In this document: piece after piece, positions 14,521-27,647 of the stretch
How positions within the stretch are numbered: position 1 is the stretch's first letter
Layout: each line of letters opens with the position of its first letter
Source of the DNA: Eledone cirrhosa
Taxonomy: Eukaryota
Reading direction: 5' to 3'
Assembly (NCBI GenBank): GCA_964016885.1
Contig: OZ024752.1
Coordinates: 46,252,001 to 46,316,000 of the forward strand
Length of the DNA stretch: 64,000 nt
Notes under the pieces: model-generated
Told to the model about the DNA's origin: nothing
Database searches by the model: none
Seen by the model: the letters and a program-made list of their open reading frames with translations, nothing else
Program-made: the position numbers and the translations under genes

Positions 14521-17104
14521 AGAGGTTCCCCCCCCCCCTATTGGGGAATTTTTCATTGTTTCAATTTTCATTTTATATATATATATATATGTTTCTATGT
14601 CTTTTTTTTTTCTTTTCTTATATAAATAACAAAAATCTTTACACGCACAAAATCCACATCGTACCATCCTGTGCCGTCTGTAATGTTTTTCTTGATGTCA
14701 GCCCTTGTGGCCAATAAAGAAATCATTAATACACTGGGTAATTGCTGGCCTTGTGCCAAAAGTAGAAACAATTATTATTATTAAAAAAGTGTAGATAAAA
14801 AATAAATAAACAAATTTTGATATCACTAACATGAGTTATTTCCCTTTAATCACCCCCCCCCCCTCCAATTTTTTATTTTTATATTTTCGATAATTTAGGA
14901 AATCCGAGTTACTCCCCTTCGTTTCTGATATAAGTTTTAATCATACCAGTTTACTTGGCACATAATAGCTCTACATTATCCTATCATTGCATTGAGCTAA
15001 AATACACCTAGTAAATTTACTTATTGATCGACTTTCGTCAAATCGGACCGAGGAAACAATGTTTCCGTTGGTCTTTCCAATTGCTAATACTATCTATCGG
15101 TCGCAACTCCAGGTAGAAGGAGCAACGTGAAATAAAGTGTCTTGCTCAAGGACATAACGCATAGCCTGGTCCAGGAATCGAACTCACAACCTTACGATTG
15201 CGAATCCAATTCTCTAACCACTCAGCCACACGCCTTCACTATATATATATGAGAGAGAAAGGGAGAGGTTCTTCAATAAGAATGAAGTAAATTATATATT
15301 TTTTTCTTTTTCATCGCAGATTTATCTCCCTTGCATCAGGTTGTGGAAATTTCAAAACACTTTAAATGAAGTCGTCCCGACGTAAATAACTATAGAAAAT
15401 AAAATCGGTCAAAATATTCATGGAGACGGAAAATGTGAGCAGACGTTATGTCTATTTTTTTTCCGTCTCGATGGGGTGGTGGCACTTTACCCGATATTCT
15501 CAACTATTATTATAGTATCGGTAGAGGGTCGGACACCACGCATAAAGTTATGGCCCTTGCCATTCTGCGTTCAAATCCCACCGAGGTTAACTTTGCCTTT
15601 CATCCTTACGGGGTCGATAAAATAAAGTACCAGTAATGTACTGGGATAATTGCTGCCCTTGTGCCAAACAATTATTAAAGTTATATACACTGGAAAGACA
15701 TTTCAAATGTATTTATATTGCTTTCGAAGATAAAATTATCAAAAGTAACCACAATTGCGGATATTTACGGATTGAAATATGGCCTATGGTTAGTTTTTGC
15801 AGTACCTTGCTTCCATCGGAGCTGAGACAGCCCTTTACCACACGGATATATGTGGTACCTTATACTACATATCTGTGTACTGGAACCATAACTGAAATAT
15901 CTTGTACCAAAAATACAGATCTGTATGAGCAGGACTTGGTCAACCAATCTGGCTTGTCTCATAACCCGAAAACTTGTCTGACCGATAAAATGGTGGTGAT
16001 ATATATATATATATACACACACACTCAAATACACATATATATATATATATATCATACACACATACATTATTTATTATATTTATATATATATATACATACA
16101 CACACACAAATATATATATCATACACACATTAATGCACTGGGTAATTACTGGCCTTGTGCCAAAAGTAGAAACAATTATTTATTATATATATATATATAT
16201 ATACATACACACACACACACACACACAAATATATATATCATACACACATTTATTATATATATATATACACGCACACACAAATACATATATATATCATACA
16301 CACATTATTTATATATAAAATATAAATATTTACACATATCCCAATTAAACAAAGTCACGGGTATATATGTGTTTTGGCAACTTTTCACGATGTGGCTCAA
16401 TGGAGAATTAATAAATTAATCAGAGCGAAATACTATAGAGTAAAGCATGTCCAGAGAATTATTTGATAATATATATACATCATCTCTACTTCCAATCAAC
16501 GTAATTAACCACACAAAAAATCAATTAGAACAGGCTATAAGAATAAAAGGCATCTATGAAGAAACAGTAAATAAATACGCTATCGTGGCGTCTTCGCGTG
16601 CAACCGCTATAGAGTATTTATCCAACAGTTCGACAGCACGTGGAAATTAATTAAATACTTTTGAGATACCTTATTTAGGGTTCATACTCGAGTTTTAGAG
16701 CTCTTCAGGGATAAACTCACTAGGACGCATTATTTTCTGAAGTGGCCCCCCCGCCAAACACGAATTCAAAATGGTTGAAAACTGTGACGTGGCAGTGGTC
16801 AAGTCAGGAAGGATGTGATTGGTTGCTTACGGCGAGTGGGTTGGTTGCTAGAAAGCGCAGCCCAATATCGCCCAAATTTTTATCTCAACCTTATGGGAGA
16901 TTAAATATAAATATTTACACATACACCAATTAAACAAAGTCACAGTGGTTAATTATGGTGATTGGGAGTAGAGATGATGTATATATATTATCAAATAATT
17001 CTCTGGACATACTTTACTCTATAGTATATATATATATATATATACACACACACAAATACAAGCATATATATATATATATATATATATAATACACAAATAC
17101 ATTA

Positions 17105-17135
<31 letters not shown>

Positions 17136-17489
17136 GACAGAGACATAAAATGGTTCCTGTTTTAATAGTACCAAAATCATATTTGCTTTGGCTTGGCGGC
17201 CATTGTGAGCTGCAAGGAAGTAAAATTGGTAGAGAGAACAAGGGAGACAATTTTCTAGAAACATGATAGAAAAAACAAATTTTAATAATCCATATAAAGT
17301 TGTGGCATAAAGAAAAGTGAAGTTTTTACTGCAATATTTTATATATTAAACCAAGTCAGCTTCGCCTTTTCTGGTTTATAATAGTTAATGAAATGAGGAG
17401 GAGTAGGAAGAGGAGGAGAAGAAGGAGCAGCATTTATTACTTTTGTAGGAGGTCCCACATTGGTGAAGTTGATGCTGTTGATGTTCTTT

Positions 17490-17512
17490 TTAACCCTTTA
17501 ACATTTACATTA

Positions 17513-17543
<31 letters not shown>

Positions 17544-19540
17544 ATTATATTTTCATTGTAAACACTATATTTCACATAATTATCTCACATAATATCGAAT
17601 CGATGAGATTTTTATATTATTTATTTTGAGAAAAATACCTTAACATAAATATGAGCAGCCGGTTATGGCCAGTTTGAACAGAAAGAAGTGAGAGAATTCT
17701 GGCCAGATATAGCCGGTTTGAACAGAAAGAGGTGAGAGAATTCTGGCCAGATACGGCTGGTTTTAACAGAAAGAAGTGAGAGAATTCTGGTCAGATATGG
17801 CCGGTTTGAACAGAAAGAGGTGAGAGAATTCTGGCCAGATATGGCTGGTTTTAACAGAAAGAAGTGAGAGAATTCTGGCCAGATATGGCCGGTTTGAACA
17901 GAAAGAGGTGAGAGAATTCTGGCTGGATATAGCTGGTTTGAACAGAAAGAGGTGAGAGAATTCTGGCCAGATACGGCTGGTTTGAACAGAAAGAGGTGAG
18001 AGAATTCTGGCCCGATATGGCCGGTTTGAACAGAAAGAGGTGAGAGAATTCTGGCCAGATATGGCTGGTTTTAACAGAAAGAAGTGAGAGAATTCTGGCC
18101 AGATACGGCTGGTTTTAACAGAAAGAGGTGAGAGAATTCTGGCCAGATATGGCCGGTTTGAACAGAAAGAAGTGAGAGAATTCTGGCCAGATATGGCCAG
18201 TTTTAACAGAAAGAAGTGAGAGAATTCTGGTCAGATATGGCCAGTTTGAACAGAAAGAGGTGAGAGAATTCTGGTCAGATATGGCCGGTTTGAACAGAAA
18301 GAGGTGAGAGAATTCTGGCCAGATATGGCTGGTTTTAACAGAAAGAAGTGAGAGAATTCTGGCCAGATATGGCCAGTTTGAACAGAAAGAAGTGAGAGAA
18401 TTCTGGCCAGATATGGCCAGTTTGAACAGAAAGAGGTGAGAGAATTCTGGTCAGATATGGCCGGTTTGAACAGAAAGAGGTGAGAGAATTCTGGCCAGAT
18501 ATGGCTGGTTTTAACAGAAAGAAGTGAGAGAATTCTGGCCAGATACGGCTGGTTTTAACAGAAAGAAGTGAGAGAATTCTGGTCAGATATGGCCGGTTTT
18601 AACAGAAAGAAGTGAGAGAATTCTGGTCAGATATGGCTGGTTTTAACAGAAAGAAGTGAGAGAATTCTGGTCAGATATGGCCAGTTTGAACAGAAAGAGG
18701 TGAGAGAATTCTGGTCAGATATGGCCGGTTTGAACAGAAAGAGGTGAGAGAATTCTGGCCAGATATGGCTGGTTTTAACAGAAAGAAGTGAGAGAATTCT
18801 GGCCAGATATGGCCAGTTTTAACAGAAAGAAGTGAGAGAATTCTGGCCAGATATGGCCAGTTTGAACAGAAAGAGGTGAGAGAATTCTGGTCAGATATGG
18901 CCGGTTTGAACAGAAAGAGGTGAGAGAATTCTGGCCAGATATGGCTGGTTTTAACAGAAAGAAGTGAGAGAATTCTGGCCAGATACGGCTGGTTTTAACA
19001 GAAAGAAGTGAGAGAATTCTGGTCAGATATGGCCGGTTTTAACAGAAAGAAGTGAGAGAATTCTGGTCAGATATGGCTGGTTTTAACAGAAAGAAGTGAG
19101 AGAATTCTGGTCAGATATGGCCGGTTTGAACAGAAAGAGGTGAGAGAATTCTGGTCAGATATGGCCGGTTTGAACAGAAAGAGGTGAGAGAATTCTGGCC
19201 AGATATGGCTGGTTTTAACAGAAAGAAGTGAGAGAATTCTGGCCAGATATGGCCGGTATGAACAGAAAGAGGTGAGAGAATTCTGGCCAGATATGGCCGG
19301 TATGAACAGAAAGAGGTGAGAGAATTCTGGCCAGATATGGCTGGTATGAACAGAAAGAGGTGAGAGAATTCTGGCCAGATATGGCTGGTTTGAACAGAAA
19401 GAGGTGAGAGAATTCTGGTCAGATATGGCCGGTATGAACAGAAAGAGGTGAGAGAATTCTGGTCAGATATGGCTGGTTTGAACAGAAACAAGTGAGAGAA
19501 TTCTGGCTGGATATGGCCAGTTTAAATGCTAAAGGCTTAA
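17490..19540 (+). mobile_element. piggyBac-like MITE with its internal 44-bp unit expanded into a ~42-copy minisatellite
   Basis: TTAA-CCCTTTAACATT ... AATGCTAAAGGC-TTAA termini. The unit GGCCGGTTTGAACAGAAAGAGGTGAGAGAATTCTGGCCAGATAT repeats over ~17665-19520. Confidence 0.85.
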
Positions 19541-20569
19541 ACTTTTGTGCCAAAAGAAAAAAAAATAGCTATTACAAAGGGTTCCCTAATTCTAACCACC
19601 CTTTTAGTACCAAGCCAGGCATTAGAACCTGAGTTAAGAATATAGTATTTTTACCTGAATAAATTCCAGGTAAAAAAAGAAGACTAGCTCGGAGGGATAA
19701 AACCAGGGGTCAAAGAAGAATCATCAACAGTTGTCGGTTGACCAGTATGGTGGACAGTATTACATATTGATTGTTGTAAGAAGAGAGCGAGAAGAAAGTG
19801 AAAAACCTATTTAATTCCTAACGTCCCGTAATAATTGAGCAGAAAATATCTAATAAAACGCGTTTGTTAGTTCAAATGTTTATAGTATCTTCACTAGTGG
19901 ACAGATCATTGTGAAAAGTTGCTGAATTAGAGTAAAGACTTTGATTTTTAATGTGATGCAGTCATAGTGCAATGTTGTACTTTTGAAGGATGTCTTTTTG
20001 ATGTGTTTGTTAGTTCAAATGTTTATAGTATCTTCACTAGTGGACAGATTGTGATTTTTAATGCAAAGCAGTCATTTTTTTTATCTGTTACATATACAAT
20101 TTTGGTAATTAACTTTTAATGTTGTCATGATTTAGCAGAAAATATCTAAAATCAGGTTTGTTAATTCAAATATTTAGAGTATCTTTACTAGTGAACAGAT
20201 TATTATGAAAATTTGTAGTAAGCTTTAGGCACAAGGCCAACAATTTGAAGGAAATGGACCCCAGTATGTTACTGGTGCTTTATTTTATCGAACCTGCAAG
20301 GATGAAAGGCAAAGCTAACCGTGGCGAAATTTGAACTCAGGACATAAAGGGCCGTAACTCAATGCTGCAAAGCATGATGTCTGATGCTTGCAAAGAATTT
20401 ACTTTTTAATGTTTAGTAGTTTTTCAAAAATATTTTGCTAATGCGGTTTCACGTGGTACAGGACGTTAAGAGTTAACCAGCAATAGAATAAAATATGTTA
20501 TTTCACTAATCTAACAAGATAATATTGATGGAAGAAAAACTGACTCATTTCCAAGTTGTAAGGCAAATA

Positions 20570-21430
20570 CCACACACACACATCTAAAAACATACTCACA
20601 AAGTATCTATATAAAAACACATACACACATATAAAGTATCTACTATAAAGTATCTACTTTATAACACGCACACACACATATAAAGTATCTACTTTATAAC
20701 ACACACACACATAAATATCTACTTTATAACACACACACACATCATACATATAAAGTATCTACTTTATAACATGCACACACACTCATATATCTACTATAAC
20801 ACACACACACATATAAAGTATCTACTTTATAACACATACACACACACATCACACACATAAATATCTACTTTATAACACACACACACATCATACATATAAA
20901 GTATCTACTTTATAACATGCACACACACTCATATCTACTATAACACACACACATATAAAGTATCTACTTTATAACACACACACATACACACACATATAAA
21001 GTATTTACTTTATAACAGGCACACACACTCATATCTACTATAACACACACACATATAAAGTATCTACTTTATAACACACACACATACACACACATATAAA
21101 GTATTTACTTTATAACAGGCACACACACTCATATCTACTATAACACACACACATATAAAGTATCTACTTTATAACACACACACATACACACACATATAAA
21201 GTATCTACTTTATAACATGCACACACACTCATATCTACTATAACACACACACATATAAAGTATCTACTTTATAACACACACACATACACACACATATAAA
21301 GTATTTACTTTATAACAGGCACACACACACAAAGTATCTACTTTATAACACACACACACATAAAGTATCTACTTTATAGTACACACACATATATCTACTA
21401 TAACACACACACACATAAGTATCTACTTTA
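20570..21430. repeat. Compound minisatellite (CA)n-TATAAAGTATCTACTTTATAA
   Basis: The repeated motif contains the small inverted repeat ATAAAGTA-TC-TACTTTAT. Confidence 0.88.
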
Positions 21431-21661
21431 CAACTCCTCCTCATATGACATTCTCCCAGAAGAGCAAAATAAAACCCATACATAATTTTTTTCAATTTGT
21501 TTTCTATTTTACTTTTTACAATATCTCAGATTTTCTTTTTCCTCTTTCTCCTCAATAAACAAAACACAAAATGTCTTTTTTTTTTTTTTGGTTTCCAAAA
21601 TTCCAAGTAGAAGGCACTATATCCAGTGTATGAAGAATTACAGGATCAAAAATTGGTACAA

Positions 21662-22083
21662 ACTGGTTTGCAGCAGTAGTAAAATGCACTGAAGTTTTGC
21701 AATAGCCCCACCCCACTGGTTTACAGCAGCAGTAGTAAGGTGCACTGAAGTTTTGCAATAGCCCCACCCCACTGGTTTACAGCAGCAGTAGTAAGGTGCA
21801 CTGACGTTTTGCAGTAGCCCCATCACACTGGTTTACAGCAGCAGTAGTAAGGTGCACTGAAGTCTTGCAGTAGCCCCACCCCACTGGTTTGCAGCAGCAG
21901 TAGTAAGGTGCACTGACGTTTTGCAGTAGCCCCATCACACTGGTTTACAGCAGCAGTAGTAAGGTGCACTGACGTTTTGCAATAGTCCCACCACACTGGT
22001 TTCCAGTAGCAGTAGTAAGGTGCACTGAAGTCTTGCAGTAGTCCCATCACACTGGTTTGCAGCAGTAGTAAGGTGCAGTGAAG
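21662..22083. repeat. 56-bp minisatellite (~7.5 copies) at the start of the OAF 3' UTR
   Basis: ACTGGTTTACAGCAGCAGTAGTAAGGTGCACTGAAGTTTTGCAATAGCCCCACCCC with a period of 56 (21715, 21771, 21827...). Confidence 0.92.
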
Positions 22084-22102
22084 TATTTATTGCACATTGT
22101 CT

Positions 22103-22377
22103 CTAGTAGTCCCACATGCAATTGTTTTTCTGCATTTCGTAATGTTTGAAAATATGGCACTTTCGACATGTTTTGATACCACACCTGTAGCTCACTAAAT
22201 GTCCAAGGGAATCATTCCCACGGCAGTATTTTAAGCCACATGGATACCAACCAATGCAGATTTCAAATTGGCAGGAACATGGTTTTAAAGAGTCTGTTAT
22301 TTCCCGACACCGGGGATATTTGGATGGTACGTACTGTTTTGTGGCAGATCTCATTACACTGTAGTCTTTCCCTAAAG
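22103..22377 (-). CDS. OAF: Out-at-first homolog, exon 4 (Cys-rich C-terminus, TAG stop)
   Basis: CAG acceptor at 22378-22380. Contains CSCQFEICIGWYPCGLKYCRG...SYRCGIKTCRKC...CMWDY*, the OAF hallmark. The four exons total 816 nt = 271 aa plus stop. Confidence 0.95.
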
Positions 22378-22799
22378 CTGAAAATGAAACAAAAGATAAT
22401 CGTTAATCAACATTAAAACACAGATAATTAATTTGGTTTCATTTATCATCATCAATTAACGTCTATCTGCCACGTTAATCAACATTAAAATATAGATAAT
22501 TAATTTGCTTTCATCATCATCATGGGTTAGACAGATTTGTCCTTTTAGCATGGGTTAGACAGATTTGTCTCATTTAGAGGTAAGTTGAGTCAGGTGACCG
22601 TGTCTCGCTCATATAGAAAAGTTTCTGACTGGTTTTCTACAGCTGGATGCCCTTCCTAATGCCAACCACATTGACTTGGTTTGTTTTTGCTATTTAACAA
22701 AAACATAAAAAAACAAAAACAAAGGATCTAACAAAAAAATGGAAACAAAGGAAAACTCCCCTATGATGGTGGCCGTGGATAATAATAATAATTACTTAC

Positions 22800-22977
22800 A
22801 ACGGGAAATGATTCTTAGGTCAACATCTTGGGCAAAAATCTTGTCATTTGCATCTCGGCAAACATTATAAATATATGGACTGATTAAATGAGATTGATCT
22901 AAATAAATGATGAGGTCATGATTGTGGATCTCTCGACCTTTGTCATCTTCCGGTGTGCGGATTGCTCTCGAATTTTT
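22800..22977 (-). CDS. OAF: Out-at-first homolog, exon 3
   Basis: AG acceptor at 22978-22979, GTAAG donor at 22799. 178 nt, KNSRAIRTPEDDKGREIHNHDLIIYLDQSHLISPYIYNVCRDANDKIFAQDVDLRIISR plus 1 nt. Continues the KLRQ-KN..AIR..EE..G motif. Confidence 0.92.
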
Positions 22978-23065
22978 CTACAAAATAAAATTCAAACAAT
23001 CATTAAAAAAAAAAATTTTTTTTAATGATTTTACAGATTTGTAAAGAAAAAGCAAAACAGTTTTA

Positions 23066-23313
23066 TCATCATCATCATCATTATCATCATCATTATTTTA
23101 CGTCCGCTTTTCCCTGCTTGCAAGGGTGGGACGGGTCCTATTCAGCACAGCATCTCTCCACATGTCACGCTCCTTCATCATCTCCTCCATGAGCTTCAAC
23201 GATCTGAGGTCTGCTCTCACCACCTCCGCCCATGTTTTTCGTGGTCTTCCTCTACTGCATCTTCCTTCAACTGGCATTTCTTGGCACTTCTTTACCCAGT
23301 GGTCATCCTCCAT
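23066..23313 (-). mobile_element. RTE LINE 3' fragment in OAF intron 2
   Basis: MEDDHWVKKCQEMPVEGRCSRGRPRKTWAEVVRADL...TRPTLASREKRT* plus an (ATG)n tail. Confidence 0.82.
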
Positions 23314-23763
23314 TTTATAATAATAATAATAATTGTTTCTACTTTTGGCACAAGGCCAGCAATTACCCAGTGTATTACTGGTACTTTATTTTATCGACCC
23401 CGTAATGATGAAAGGCAAAGTTAACCTCGGCGGAATTTGAACTCAGAATGGCAAGGGCCGTAACTCTATACATCAAAGCATGGCGTCCGACCCTCTACCG
23501 ATACTGCCAATCCACCAATGATTTCATTTATTGGCCACAATGACCAACATGTAGGGGACAATACAAGGACAGGGACAGTGGGGGTTTACAAGGCGATACA
23601 AACCGTAGATGAATCCTTGTTAAATTAATAATTACATGATTATTTTCAAATTTTTTTTTGAAAATCATAGGGAGAGTCTTCTTATATTAGAAGAATGGTA
23701 ACAAAAATGTTAAACGTATGATAAATGCTTGATATGGAAATAAGAAATCTGGTTAAAACTAAC

Positions 23764-23898
23764 CTGACGTAATTTGGACATAGCATCAGAAGAAATGAAT
23801 TCATTCTTTAAATAATGCATCACAAAACACATAACTTGGTGTTGTGTTTGGCCTTGCTCTTCTTCGGGTAACACTACTGCTCGGAAGATCTGGACCTC
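23764..23898 (-). CDS. OAF: Out-at-first homolog, exon 2
   Basis: TAG acceptor at 23899-23900, GTTAG donor at 23763. 135 nt, EVQIFRAVVLPEEEQGQTQHQVMCFVMHYLKNEFISSDAMSKLRQ, matching the OAF IFRA...EEE.GQ....CF...EFI.SDAM.KLRQ block. Not in the ORF track. Confidence 0.93.
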
Positions 23899-24837
23899 CT
23901 AAACAAATAAATAAAATTCATTCATTAACTCTTACGATCCTCTAATGGTTTAGCAGAAAATATCTAAAAACATGTTTGTTAGTTTATATGTTTGTAGTAT
24001 CTTTACCAGTGGACAGATCGTTGTGGAAATTTTCAGAAAACTAAAGTGTTGTTTAGTATTTTTCATGTATGTGTGTGTGTGGAAGTGTGTGTGGCCTGTG
24101 TGTGTGTGGAAGTGTGTGTGTTTGTATGTGTGGAAGTGTGTGTGTTTGTGTGTGTGAGAAGCATGGCTGAATGATTAAGAGGTATGTCTTGTATCTTGTG
24201 AGTTAAAAAACATGAGAGATAGAAGCTTTTTGGACGATGAACTGCAGATGAACTGCATTTGTAATTCAAAGGGCCAGTCTTGTCATACACAATACCATGC
24301 TGAATCTCCCTGAGAATTGCATTAAGGATACATGTGTCTGGGGAATGCTCAGCCACTTACATGTTAGTTTCATAAGTAGGCTGATCTGTTGATAAAAAAA
24401 CAGAACACTCATCATCGAAGTCAAAAAGTGTGTGTGTATGTGTGCATGCATGTTTATGTATGTGTATGTATCATGTTGTGCATATTTGTGTGTATGTATG
24501 TATGTATGTGTGTGTATGAATGTGCATGCTTGTGTGCATGTTTGTGTGTAAAATAAAACTGTAAGAAACAGGCTTTAACATCTTCCCATCTGCCAGGCCT
24601 GAAAGGAAGATAAATTGCAGAAAATCTAATTTTATCAAGATTGACATCACCTTTGCTTTATCTTATCTTATAGACACACACTATGTCTGTGTGAGGACTG
24701 ATAACAGCACACAGGTTTACACCAGCATCACACACACTTATCGGCATCATCACCATCCTCATTTTACATCTGTTGTTCTAAGCATGCATGGGTTGGACAG
24801 ATCCTTCTCAATACAAGCTGTAGTTATAAATATATAT

Positions 24838-25168
24838 ATCATCATCATTTTACGTCCGCTTTTCCCTGCTTGCAAGGGTGGGACGGGAACTGATTCCGGC
24901 TTTATTTCTACAGCTGGATGCCCTTCCTAACACCAACCTCATTTACAGTGAGTGCTGGGTGCTTTTTTGCCATGGCACCTCCACGACCACTTTGCAGTGG
25001 AATGATAGGGACCCCAGTCCCTATCATCTCATTTCTACAGTTGAGTAAACTGGAACAATGTGAAATAAAGTGTCTTGCTCAAGGAAACAACATCACCCGG
25101 TCTGAGAATTGAACTCACAACCTTTCGATTGCAAGGCCAATGCTCTAACCACTAAGCCATGTGCCTCC
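24838..25168 (-). mobile_element. tRNA-derived CORE-type SINE with an RTE tail
   Basis: Reverse-complement match to the 60133 element. Further copies or fragments at 29160-29458, 15110-15240, 27760-27885, 36250-36520 and 52483-52710. Confidence 0.82.
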
Positions 25169-25265
25169 ATATATATATATAAAGTTATATTTAAAATTGT
25201 TGGGTTACAACTAGTAAATATTTATAACTGATATAAAAGCACTCGACAAATACTTGGAGTATATT

Positions 25266-25636
25266 TACAATATTAAATAAATGGAAAACTATATTTATAA
25301 AACCATATTTATTTCATTATATATATTTCGGGGATATCATATTAACAATATGCTATGCCTTCATCAGACAAAATACAATATAAACAGTTTTATAGATAAA
25401 TATATTCGACATACCGTAATAAACATCAACTTCATTTGAAGAGGTTCACTCTGCGAGAGTGAACCTCTTCAAATGAAGTTGATGTTTATTACGGTATGTC
25501 GAATATATTTATCTATAAAACTGTTTATATTGTATTTTGTCTGATGAAGGCATAGCATATTGTTAATATGATATCCCCGAAATATATATAATGAAATAAA
25601 TATGGTTTTATAAATATAGTTTTCCATTTATTTAAT

Positions 25637-25642
<6 letters not shown>
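25266..25642. repeat. Long fold-back palindrome, 187-bp arms, 3-nt loop (GCG at 25453-25455)
   Basis: 25266-25452 is the reverse complement of 25456-25642, with no mismatch seen by eye. It ends in (TA)n. Confidence 0.93.
25533..25598 (+). ncRNA. Type-I hammerhead ribozyme motif (mirror copy on the minus strand at 25310-25375)
   Basis: UAUUUUGU-CUGAUGA-AGGCAUAGCAUAUU-GUU-AAUAUGAUAUCCCC-GAAA-UAUAUA-UA-AUGAAAUA: 8-bp stem I (2 G-U pairs), long stem II, palindromic stem III. Confidence 0.75.
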
Positions 25643-25671
<29 letters not shown>

Positions 25672-26775
25672 TATTTGGAGAGGGATGGGCTCTGCTAGAC
25701 TTTAAAATGCTGTATGTCAATACAGCGCCCCTACAACTCACCGAGGAGTTACAGGGGACCATACCATACCATACCATGTATGTGGTCAGGATTTTACCTA
25801 TCTCTCTCTCTGTATGTACATATATATATATATGTATGTGTGAGTGTGTGTATGTGTCTGAGTGTGTGTGAGTGTATGTGTCTGAGTGTGTGTGTGTGTG
25901 TCTGCATGCAAGTGTGTTGTGTTTGTATCCCACAGCCTAGCCTAGTGAAATAATTGTTTCTACTTTTGGCACAAGGCCAGCAATTACCCCAGTGCATTAC
26001 TGGTATTTTATTTTATCGACCCCGTAAGGATGAAAGGCAAAGTTAACCTCGGCGAGATTTGAACTCAGAATGGCAAGGGCCGTAACTCTATGCGTCAAAG
26101 CATGGCGTCTGACCCTCTACCGATACTGTCAATCCACCAGCCTAGTGAAATAATACCCTGTTCTACCACAGCCTAGCCTAGTGAAATAATATCCTGCTTT
26201 AAGGAAGGTCAGCAAAGTCTAATGAAGCCAACACAGAAAAGCAGCTATAAAACTGCCCTCCCCAATCTCCACTCCAGCCCAGTAACATGCTGATGACAAA
26301 TGTTACTACTAAATGAGGTTATCAGTCTGAAGAACATCAATCTTATAAGTTTCTAAGTAGCCCCCAGATCTTGCAATATTAGATGTTTTAGACACTAGTA
26401 ATATAGGTTAGAGCATGACAAAGTTAATCTAGGTTAAACTATTATATTTCACTATACACATTTTTTTAAGGCACAGGCGCGATGGGAAGGGGGGGGGGGG
26501 AGGGTTCAGGACTGAATGTTGGAGAGCTAACTTTCAGTATATGTATACTATATATCATCATCATCATTGATTAACAGCTATTTTCCATGCTTGCATGGGT
26601 CAGACAGGTCCCATTAGAGGCAAGTTGGGTCAGGTGACGGTGTCTCGCTCATGTAGGGGTGTTTCTAGCTGGTTTTCTACGGCTGGATGCCCTTCCTAGC
26701 ACCAATATATATATATATGTGTGTATATATATATATATGTGTGTATATATATATATATGTGTGTATATATATATA

Positions 26776-26914
<139 letters not shown>

Positions 26915-26965
26915 ATATATATATATATATATGTGTATATATATATATGTGTATATATATATATA

Positions 26966-27050
<85 letters not shown>

Positions 27051-27056
27051 ATATGT

Positions 27057-27088
<32 letters not shown>

Positions 27089-27094
27089 ATATGT

Positions 27095-27126
<32 letters not shown>

Positions 27127-27131
27127 ATATG

Positions 27132-27162
<31 letters not shown>

Positions 27163-27163
27163 G

Positions 27164-27198
<35 letters not shown>

Positions 27199-27203
27199 AT
27201 ATA

Positions 27204-27246
<43 letters not shown>

Positions 27247-27247
27247 T

Positions 27248-27278
<31 letters not shown>

Positions 27279-27279
27279 T

Positions 27280-27310
<31 letters not shown>

Positions 27311-27345
27311 TTATATATATATGTATATATATTTATATATATATA

Positions 27346-27397
<52 letters not shown>

Positions 27398-27647
27398 TGC
27401 TAGGAAGGGCATCCAGCTGTAGACAACCAGCCAGAAACACCCCTACATGAGCAAGACACCGTCACAGGAGTGGCACCCCCAGGGTGAACTTGTCTATAGA
27501 ATTCTTTCTGCCTTTGTTACTCTAAATATGGTTTTTAAAGAATCCTTTTCTTTAAACCCACCAACCAATGACCTCCACCCATCCCTAACACCACCCTCTC
27601 CTACCACTACAAAAGATATAAATACCACCATATTACTTGGACAATCA

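Noticed and set aside
17665-19520. Regular 44-bp array resembling a CRISPR array (also 832-1703, 21662-22083 and 37741-38045)
   Set aside because: Head-to-tail units with no unique spacers, no cas genes and a eukaryotic context. The 44-bp and 45-bp units trace to MITE and SINE sequence.
21552-22050. Cys-rich ORFs (PYYCCCKPV) suggestive of small toxin-like peptides
   Set aside because: Rotating frames of a 56-bp (non-triplet) minisatellite, with no signal peptide.
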